DNA of 64,000 nucleotides, taken from a virus. Taxonomy: Duplodnaviria; Heunggongvirae; Uroviricota; Caudoviricetes. The notes beneath the pieces were generated by a model. That model saw nothing but the letters and a program-made list of their open reading frames with translations. It was not told the origin of the DNA and made no database searches. Made by a program: the position numbers and the translations under genes. Positions 57,034 through 64,000 of this stretch are shown in pieces. Each line of letters opens with the position of its first letter. The first letter of the stretch is position 1. Where the stretch lies: positions 75,064 to 139,063 of IMG/VR virus record IMGVR_UViG_3300006226_001702; one strand, given 5' to 3'.

Positions 57034-58060
57034 TCTTCTTTAATAATTTTTGTATAACGTATCTACCATCTAATAATTCACTAATAGATTCCTTCTTAAA
57101 GATTTTAGAAATAATTGTTGCAAAAAACTTAGTTACATCTGCTTCTAAAAACCACTCATTGTTCCAAAGATGTGGATTATAAACTGCATTGGTTCCAATC
57201 ACATAATTAAAGTCGCCATTTTTGAATGCCTCATCAAAAGAGTCAACCGCATTGCCATTAAAGAATGGAAGTGATGTCCCAATAGTTACTGTCTGTGCTC
57301 CTTCTGCTTTCAATAATTGCGCTGCTCTTAAAATAGTTCCGCCAGTATCAATCATATCATCAAAGAGGAAACAATCTTTTCCCTTAATATCACCCAACAC
57401 TTTCATTGATATGATGTTTGAATCTTTTACTGAATCAGAAACTCTCTCATAATCTCGCTCTTTGTAAATAACAGCATAATCAGCTTTTAGAATTCTAGCA
57501 AAAAACTTATTCCGTTCAGCAGCACCTGTATCTGGAGCCACAACGCAGATATTGTCAGCCTCTTTTAATGATGGTAATAACTTTTTCATTATGTAATATG
57601 AAGCATGAAGATTTTCTACGACAATGTTACAGAACGCATTTTCTAATTCTCTATTATGTAAGTCGAGCGTAATAATTCTATCGATATTGAAAGTCTCAAA
57701 AAACTGTGCCAACATTTTAGCAGTTAGTCCTTCTCTGCCAGCCTTACGATGTTGTCTAGCGTATGGAAAAGTTGGAAGGATTAGTGATATGCTGTTAGCC
57801 CCGCTTCGGCGTACTGCGTCAGTTATAACGAATAACTCAAATAAGTTATCGTGAATGTGCCCTGGCATATTAGCAACATCTTGAATTATGAAAACTTCAC
57901 ATCCTCTTACGGATTCTAACAATTCAGATTTAAGTTCACCGTTCTTAAATTTAGTCCACTTAACTGGGATTTCAAGTTCATGGTCAAACTTCTCTTTAAG
58001 ATGATAACATACTTTGTTTCCAAAAAACGTTGCTGATGGGCAGCTGATTATCTTAAGCAT
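57020..58060 (-). CDS. prs: Ribose-phosphate pyrophosphokinase (PRPP synthetase)
   Basis: FKNGE, VRGCEVFIIQ, PYARQHRK, TLDLH, VAPDTG, FDDMIDTGGT. Confidence 0.93.
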   Translation of the reverse strand: MLKIISCPSATFFGNKVCYHLKEKFDHELEIPVKWTKFKNGELKSELLESVRGCEVFIIQDVANMPGHIHDNLFELFVITDAVRRSGANSISLILPTFPYARQHRKAGREGLTAKMLAQFFETFNIDRIITLDLHNRELENAFCNIVVENLHASYYIMKKLLPSLKEADNICVVAPDTGAAERNKFFARILKADYAVIYKERDYERVSDSVKDSNIISMKVLGDIKGKDCFLFDDMIDTGGTILRAAQLLKAEGAQTVTIGTSLPFFNGNAVDSFDEAFKNGDFNYVIGTNAVYNPHLWNNEWFLEADVTKFFATIISKIFKKESISELLDGRYVIQKLLKKNDII

Positions 58061-58065
58061 GATTA

Positions 58066-58074
58066 TATATTAAC
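58066..58074 (-). promoter_or_regulatory. Class II motif GTTAATATA
   Basis: GTTAATATA-TAATC-ATG(58060). Confidence 0.65.
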
Positions 58075-58714
58075 TGTTCGGTGGAAGCCACTTGAATTCA
58101 GTTCCGCCAACGTGACCTTTTGTCCACATCATCCAACAAAATGCTACTGAGCCACCATTGTTGAACCCATCCATTAAACCTTCTGGAGAGCAGCCTTGCC
58201 TGCTAGAATGAAGAAAGATGTACTTTGGAGGAAGCTTCTTAAAGAGCTCGTATCTCTTTTTTCCTTCGAGATAAGTGAGTTTTAGATACATGATAGTCCA
58301 ACCATGGGCTGGAAGCAAATCAACAGAATGTCGAATAAAATCCTCGGCTTGCTTGAAAGGAGGGTTAGTCATTATAACGTTAACATTTCTATCAATTAAG
58401 TCGCTCTTTAAAAAGTCACGGGGTTCGTGTATTTTTCCAATGTCTGGTAATTTGCTGTATCTATCAATCAAATCAGATGAATGAGTTATGAAGTTATTCT
58501 TGACTAAAGTTCTAGATATGTTGCCCATTCCGCAGGCCGGTTCCCAAACTACTATTCGTTTTCTAATAAAGTCCTGTCCATTCCAACAAGTAGAAAAAGC
58601 GTGGTCAATAAAAGTTTGGACTGAATTTTGGTGAGTTGAATAGAATTCATATTCAGATATCTCTGACTCTGGCTTTCTATGATTAGTTAAATAAACGTTG
58701 TGATTTTTTTTCAT
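58070..58714 (-). CDS. N6-adenine DNA methyltransferase-like protein
   Basis: FYST, WEPACGMG, IMTNPPF; start moved to 58714 (class II motif at 58721-58729). Confidence 0.75.
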   Translation of the reverse strand: MKKNHNVYLTNHRKPESEISEYEFYSTHQNSVQTFIDHAFSTCWNGQDFIRKRIVVWEPACGMGNISRTLVKNNFITHSSDLIDRYSKLPDIGKIHEPRDFLKSDLIDRNVNVIMTNPPFKQAEDFIRHSVDLLPAHGWTIMYLKLTYLEGKKRYELFKKLPPKYIFLHSSRQGCSPEGLMDGFNNGGSVAFCWMMWTKGHVGGTEFKWLPPNS

Positions 58715-58730
58715 TAGATTTAAATTAACA

Positions 58731-58755
58731 AAGGACTGCACAATGGCAGCCCCTT
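58731..58755 (-). terminator. Hairpin terminator after the lipoprotein operon
   Basis: AAGGGGCTGC-CATTGT-GCAGTCCTT followed by TGTT. Confidence 0.65.
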
Positions 58756-58758
58756 AAA

Positions 58759-60348
58759 TTAAAAATTTATATTCAGTCTTTCAGCAGTCCAAGGTCTTGG
58801 AGCAGGCAATGGTTCAATAAATTTATGTCCAGCGGCATATCCAGCTCCAAATAAGTTATTACCTCTAGCAAATAAAACATTATGTTTACCACCACCTAAA
58901 TCAGTAACATTAGTTGCTCTTAAAATTACAGATGCACCTCCAACATTATATCCCTCAGAACCCCATGTAAAAACTCTTCCCATATTTGTTATAGCAACAG
59001 TACTTATAAAACGTGAATGTAAAGATGCCCATTTTTCTCCAGCTAATGGACTTGGAATTTGTATGAAAATCGGATTATGTGTCCACCCTGTTCCACTTCT
59101 TGCTATTCTATTATTTTCACCCCATGCTATAATGTCACCATTATTTAATAATGCATGTCCATGTCTATAACCGCCAGCTATATATTCTATTTGACTTGCA
59201 TATCCACTTAATGCTGTTGATTCTGTTGGTGTTGGTCTTCTTTCAATTAAATAATTTCCATTTAAATCACCTGGTAATCCAAGACTTCCTGATGCATTTC
59301 TGCCCCAAACAAAAACTTTATTATCATTATTTATGGCAAAAGCACCTTCATATGAAGCCCCAATTAAGCGAACATTTCCTATACCTGTAACTTGAATTGG
59401 ATTATTTCTATTAGTAATAATAGAGTTTCTTTGTCCCATCTGTCCAAAGTTATCATGACCCCAGACCCAAACAGTTCCATCAATTCCTCGTGCTATCATA
59501 AAATATTCACCAGCTGCCAACTGATCAACTTTTACAGGAATTGGCACTTGTTCAGGTGAGTTTATTGTACCAATTTGACTAATCCCAGTTGCTCCATGTA
59601 AGTTTTGTCCCCAGCCCCAAACATTTCCATCGATATCAATTGCTGCTAATGAGTAAGCGCTTCCTGTTACATGAACAATTTTTGGTAAACCCATAACCCT
59701 AGCTGGTGCTCTAGTTTCACCAATAGCCATTGTGCCATTTCCTTGTTGTCCGCTTCCCCTAAAACCCCAAACCCATACTTCTCCATTTTCAGTTAAGAAA
59801 ACAGATGTATCAATTAAAGTGTTACGAGTTGCAGCAAATCCCCAAGTAAATGAAGGGGGATTAGTTGGAATTAATGCACATTGGCAATCAATTCCATTAC
59901 AATCACAATTATCTTTATTTGTATCAGTACAGTTACAAGTTATTGGAGCAGTACAATTACATCCATTATTACAATCACAATAAAGTTTATTATCACAATC
60001 ACAATTTGGATTACCATCATCACACTCACATGGGTTATAACCATAGCAACCATTATTTGGATTATCATGGCCACAATTACATTCACCATACAAATCCATA
60101 CAATTACAGAATCTTGGATTACATGGAGGCATTGGGGTGCAACCGCAATTATCCCAAAGAGTACAATTACAGCCATTACCATCACAATCGCCACAATCAC
60201 AACCATTTATTGGGCCACCAGCTATATCACAAGCACAATTATCTTCGTATTCTCTCCACCAACCATCTCCTATTGATATTGGGTCCATACAGGTTGATAT
60301 TGATAATGAAAATAAAATTATGCTTAAAATAATTAAAAACTTTTTCAT
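58759..60348 (-). CDS. Lipoprotein with Cys-rich CxC repeat region and RCC1/BLIP-II beta-propeller
   Basis: MKK-hydrophobic-ISTC lipobox; ~125-aa Cys-rich tract; repeats VW.WG.N..GQ.G and LAAG..F. Confidence 0.85.
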   Translation of the reverse strand: MKKFLIILSIILFSLSISTCMDPISIGDGWWREYEDNCACDIAGGPINGCDCGDCDGNGCNCTLWDNCGCTPMPPCNPRFCNCMDLYGECNCGHDNPNNGCYGYNPCECDDGNPNCDCDNKLYCDCNNGCNCTAPITCNCTDTNKDNCDCNGIDCQCALIPTNPPSFTWGFAATRNTLIDTSVFLTENGEVWVWGFRGSGQQGNGTMAIGETRAPARVMGLPKIVHVTGSAYSLAAIDIDGNVWGWGQNLHGATGISQIGTINSPEQVPIPVKVDQLAAGEYFMIARGIDGTVWVWGHDNFGQMGQRNSIITNRNNPIQVTGIGNVRLIGASYEGAFAINNDNKVFVWGRNASGSLGLPGDLNGNYLIERRPTPTESTALSGYASQIEYIAGGYRHGHALLNNGDIIAWGENNRIARSGTGWTHNPIFIQIPSPLAGEKWASLHSRFISTVAITNMGRVFTWGSEGYNVGGASVILRATNVTDLGGGKHNVLFARGNNLFGAGYAAGHKFIEPLPAPRPWTAERLNINF

Positions 60349-60354
60349 AATTTC

Positions 60355-61854
60355 CTACCTAAAATAAATTGTAAGACTTAAATTTTCTCCATTATTAACA
60401 CTTGGATGAATTCTATATCTTAGCCATCGATCTTCTAATGGAGACCCGTCTATTACTGCATAATATGGAGTTAAACCCCACGGTGCACCAGATGATGTAA
60501 TTCCTGGGCCAGTCACTATATTCCCACCCTCTCCATCATTCCATGCAGCATTTGACTGATTAACATAAACTTGTCTTTGAGCTGGTGTTTCACCTGGTGC
60601 ATGGAAAATTACAGATGGAAGCCAAACTGAATTAGCATTTAAATTTACTTGGGTATCTCCATAACCCACAGTAGTTAAACGAACTCCTGCTGATAAAACT
60701 GAAAAAGAAATTCCTGTAAATCTTGGAGTTCCTGGAAGAGGTGGTTCTGGTAAGTTTTCAAACTTATGTAAGTTTGCATTAGCACTTCCTGATGCGCTAT
60801 CAGCTACAACAACCACTTGTCTAATAACAGCACTATTATTAACTACAATATCATATGTTCCAACTGGAAGAATTAGTTCACCTCTACTTGGTGTATTATT
60901 ACCACCTTCAAATTTTGGAATTTCAGTTAAAATGGATTCAAATCTTCTAATTGATACGTATCCAAATTCCTCATCTAATGGTAATGGAGAATAAGAATAT
61001 CTTTGATTAAATATTTCAATAGTTGTTATTGGTTGGTCTGATAAGTTTTCAATAACTAATGTACCAAAATTAAATCCTCTTGATATTGTTGTGTTTAATA
61101 AAGCAAATCCATTTCTTATTTCAGTCCCCATTATATTTACACCATTAGTTAAATCAACTAATATTTCTTGTGTTCTATTAAAATGTTGAATTAAACTCTG
61201 ATCTATTTTAAGTTCTGAATTTATAGTTACAGAAGTACCACCGCCTGGATTAATATTTATTTCAATTGGAATTGTGTCATCAATATCACTTTCATTCATA
61301 ACATCAACTGGATTTTCAGTTAAACGTACATTTCCATTTCTATCAATAAAAAGATAAAATTCTCTAACCATACGAGAAGCAGGTATTGCTAAACTTCTTT
61401 TTAATGGGCTAATTCCCTGTGCTGATGGATGTGTCCAAAATAATTCAAAACTATAATTATGTTCTGAAGCATTAGCAAAAATTGCTCTTTGATTTTGTGG
61501 CTCAATAACTGGTGAAATTGATGAATCAATTCTATTACCAAATCTTCTAAAATTAGCAGCACCATCTACTACGACAATAGTGCCAGCCATTCCTGAATTT
61601 ATTATTCTTTCTTCTGTTAAATCTCTATAAGACCAATGTCTTACATCTATTTGGTCTACAACTAAAGTTCGTGACAAATTATTTATAACAAACGCACCAG
61701 CAGTCACATCTGTCATATTAAAATCACCTTGTAATCTTGGAAAATCTGGCATCATAGAAATTGGATCCAAACAACCAACGAATGATAGCACTAAAATTAA
61801 TGCAACTCCTAAGATGACTACTCCCCTCATTAACGATTTTTTCGTCTTCTTCAT
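60355..61854 (-). CDS. Lipoprotein, beta-rich
   Basis: MKKTKK...LSFVG-C lipobox; SD AAGGA; start moved to 61854. Confidence 0.75.
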   Translation of the reverse strand: MKKTKKSLMRGVVILGVALILVLSFVGCLDPISMMPDFPRLQGDFNMTDVTAGAFVINNLSRTLVVDQIDVRHWSYRDLTEERIINSGMAGTIVVVDGAANFRRFGNRIDSSISPVIEPQNQRAIFANASEHNYSFELFWTHPSAQGISPLKRSLAIPASRMVREFYLFIDRNGNVRLTENPVDVMNESDIDDTIPIEININPGGGTSVTINSELKIDQSLIQHFNRTQEILVDLTNGVNIMGTEIRNGFALLNTTISRGFNFGTLVIENLSDQPITTIEIFNQRYSYSPLPLDEEFGYVSIRRFESILTEIPKFEGGNNTPSRGELILPVGTYDIVVNNSAVIRQVVVVADSASGSANANLHKFENLPEPPLPGTPRFTGISFSVLSAGVRLTTVGYGDTQVNLNANSVWLPSVIFHAPGETPAQRQVYVNQSNAAWNDGEGGNIVTGPGITSSGAPWGLTPYYAVIDGSPLEDRWLRYRIHPSVNNGENLSLTIYFR

Positions 61855-61944
61855 AAAATATTCCTTTTTTGTATTTACTATTAACGACAATCGCTTAATC
61901 ATAGCGATGAACAAAGGTGGGTGTTTTTCAACGTTTTTCTTGTT

Positions 61945-61999
61945 TAATTAGTATGTAATTTTGTTATAAATTATTATACTATCTTAACATTATATTAAC
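61945..61999 (-). promoter_or_regulatory. Tandem class II (61991-61999) and class I (61945-61952) motifs upstream of the lipoprotein operon
   Basis: GTTAATATA and ACTAATTA in the same orientation. Confidence 0.55.
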
Positions 62000-62003
62000 A
62001 CTG

Positions 62004-62654
62004 TTAACTTTTAATGTTGGGTCGGAAAGAAGTTTTCTTATCAAAGCCATGATTTTCAATCTTTTGGACGTCTGAGTTGACAATTTCGACAGTTTTGTCA
62101 TTATACATTCCACTAAAATAGTTGGCCAAAATATTGTAGAATTCCCGGCTATCAATCAAACTTGGGATAAAAGTCTCTCCCCAGATACAATCACCAAAAT
62201 TGTGGTTGTATGCTTTTTCTGAGACTATTATGTTTTCTAGCTTATCGAAACTTAACATCCTCCTTTTACTTAAATCTATTCCAGTCCTAAAATGCGTAAA
62301 AGTTACTGTGTTTTTAGTTATCTTTTTATTCTCTTTGAAGATGCGATCAATTTTTTGCCATTTTCTTGAGACATCAATTATATATTGGACATTACCAATT
62401 TCAAAGAGAATTTTGCCAAACTTTTCTCTGTTTTTATCTCTCCAATCTCCTGTCCAATTTATATTCCAATCCCATCTTCTTAGAGCGTATTCGTAAGTGT
62501 TTTCTGCTAAACAATAATCAAGTAAAGTTTCCTCAGTTATGATTCGGCTTTTTCTTCTGTCGTAAGTTGCAGCTTTATCTGGTTGGCCGAACTCAAACTG
62601 ATGCCAGTCGTAGTAATCTTTCTTATTATCTAAGATTTGCATGTCACACCCCAT
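62004..62654 (-). CDS. Hypothetical protein
   Basis: 216-aa ORF. Confidence 0.7.
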   Translation of the reverse strand: MGCDMQILDNKKDYYDWHQFEFGQPDKAATYDRRKSRIITEETLLDYCLAENTYEYALRRWDWNINWTGDWRDKNREKFGKILFEIGNVQYIIDVSRKWQKIDRIFKENKKITKNTVTFTHFRTGIDLSKRRMLSFDKLENIIVSEKAYNHNFGDCIWGETFIPSLIDSREFYNILANYFSGMYNDKTVEIVNSDVQKIENHGFDKKTSFRPNIKS

Positions 62655-63016
62655 TTACTTCTAAATGACGGCTTAAATTTACTGAAAGGCTCTTTATTCC
62701 AAAATTCATCATTAGTTATATCATCCTCTAAAACGTTACCCACTTGAAAATTACCACCTGGAAATTTCTCAATACAGAACTTAATTGCTTCTGGGTCAAT
62801 GTCAACACCATATAAATCTTCATTTGAGATAAAATCATAAGTATTAAGAACTGCTACGAAGAGATTACCCTTACCACAACATGGGTCTAACACTTTACAT
62901 TTTTCTTTTAGTTTAAGCATTTTAGCCATTTTGATAGCCAACTTTTCTGGTGTATAAAAGCTGCCTTGAGATTGGGCTTCTTCTTTATTTAAATGATCAG
63001 CTATTTCATAATCCAT
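62630..63016 (-). CDS. Short SAM-binding half of an N6-MTase (motifs X-I-II-III only)
   Basis: GSFYTP, VLDPCCGKGNLF, LYGVDIDP; no NPPY motif. Confidence 0.7.
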   Translation of the reverse strand: MDYEIADHLNKEEAQSQGSFYTPEKLAIKMAKMLKLKEKCKVLDPCCGKGNLFVAVLNTYDFISNEDLYGVDIDPEAIKFCIEKFPGGNFQVGNVLEDDITNDEFWNKEPFSKFKPSFRSKWGVTCKS

Positions 63017-64000
63017 AGTATTTTCTCATGTCTGAAATCATTTTATTATTTCCAATTTCTCTAAATTCTAAACTTCTTTTTGCTAATTTTTCAATTTTTG
63101 ATAAAAGATTACTTATTCCCATTTGAGCTATATATTCATCTTCTGTAATATGTTGTGAATAATCATTAAGCATTTTTAATTCTTCAAGAGCATTTCTCCC
63201 TGTATTATTACCTGCTTTTAATGCTAAATTTAATTTTTTAATGATCATGAGATCGAATGAATTAATTATATTTTCAGCAATTTTTTTATTTTTTACATAA
63301 ATTACTTTATCCCAAGAATTTTTTGTTGGAGACCAATTATCACCAGGTTTTATTAGTTTTTGTTTTCCAGTTAAACTTCCAATAAAAGTTGCTATATTTA
63401 TTGCAAATTGTTTTTTATTATTATCAAAAGTTTCGAGATTATCTTTTATAGACTTAAAATTTTTCCAATTACATTTTTTTAATTCATTTATTAAATCATC
63501 TCTTTCTTGTCTTAAATTTATATCTTTCATAAAAGCATCATAATCAATTTTACCTTTATTTTTTTCTAAGATAACAATAGCAAGTTCTTGTTCAAACCAA
63601 ATATCAGTAAAAGCTTTACATAAATCTTTTGACATTTCAACTTCAATTAAAGAATTTTCAAATGCTGTTCTAAACTTTTCATGTTTATTTTGTGAGTTAG
63701 TTTTCAAAAAGTCAGGTGGTAATAACATTATTGATTTTTTTGCTATATTTAAAGATTTTTCTAATATCTTTGTATGAAGATTAGACTTCATATTATAAGG
63801 TGGATTTGCAATAATTACATCAAATTTCATAGAGTCTACTACCTTTATATTAAAATTAACTTGAAGATATTCTATATGATCTTCAGTCCAAATATTCATA
63901 ATATCAAATAATTTTACATTACAATCATGATTCTTCATATAAATGTAAAAATCAAAATTTAATGTACCAAAATTATCTTTATTATTTAGGTGTTTGTTAA
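63006..64000 (-). CDS. N6-adenine methyltransferase (Eco57I-like), 5'-truncated at window edge
   Basis: FDVIIANPPY; the frame stays open upstream of 63938 to the window end. Confidence 0.7.
   Translation of the reverse strand, partial: NKHLNNKDNFGTLNFDFYIYMKNHDCNVKLFDIMNIWTEDHIEYLQVNFNIKVVDSMKFDVIIANPPYNMKSNLHTKILEKSLNIAKKSIMLLPPDFLKTNSQNKHEKFRTAFENSLIEVEMSKDLCKAFTDIWFEQELAIVILEKNKGKIDYDAFMKDINLRQERDDLINELKKCNWKNFKSIKDNLETFDNNKKQFAINIATFIGSLTGKQKLIKPGDNWSPTKNSWDKVIYVKNKKIAENIINSFDLMIIKKLNLALKAGNNTGRNALEELKMLNDYSQHITEDEYIAQMGISNLLSKIEKLAKRSLEFREIGNNKMISDMRKYYGL

Noticed and set aside
59865-60332. His/Asn/Tyr- and Ile/Thr-rich plus-strand ORFs
   Set aside because: Antisense shadows of the Cys-rich lipoprotein tract
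1-64000. Stop-codon reassignment
   Set aside because: Very long ORFs are intact in code 11, and TAA, TAG and TGA all end well-defined genes; the apparent 1-5.5 kb gap is an ORF running off the edge
1-64000. tRNA, rRNA and CRISPR arrays
   Set aside because: No cloverleaf, rRNA-like tract or regularly spaced direct repeats were seen in the short intergenic regions

Overview
This 64-kb, AT-rich, gene-dense window looks like part of a large contractile-tailed phage genome (T4-superfamily-like or jumbo). The host is probably an anaerobic spirochaete (Treponema-like). That is inferred from spirochaete-style lipoproteins, a split NrdD and a FliM/FliY-like peptide. 1-28.8 kb is mostly virion morphogenesis: a >1846-aa open frame missing from the ORF track, a baseplate wedge, tail sheath, baseplate hub and spike-like proteins, and a 1855-aa protein with five Trp/Gly/Tyr-rich islands. 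28.8-58 kb is nucleotide metabolism and DNA modification: split NrdD, RNase H, GuaC, a divergent C5-MTase, an AAA+ ATPase, an HNH endonuclease, hemerythrin, a HAD phosphatase, an SNF2-like helicase, UraA and Prs. It also holds a candidate cytosine hypermodification locus: a dCMP hydroxymethylase-like enzyme, 2 NMP kinases, an NDP-sugar epimerase, 2 TAGT-like glycosyltransferases, an HTH-radical SAM fusion and an FkbM methyltransferase. 58-64 kb holds N6-MTases and two lipoproteins. Top leads: (1) the sugar/radical-SAM/methyl hypermodification pathway; (2) a phage protein starting with the CheY-P-binding peptide of FliM/FliY; (3) the W/G/Y-rich giant virion protein; (4) two promoter-like motif classes that often sit at a fixed short distance from SD-less ATGs; (5) two candidate ncRNAs at 33.4-34.1 kb. 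No tRNA, rRNA, CRISPR array or reverse transcriptase was seen. All family calls are motif recognition by eye, not database searches.
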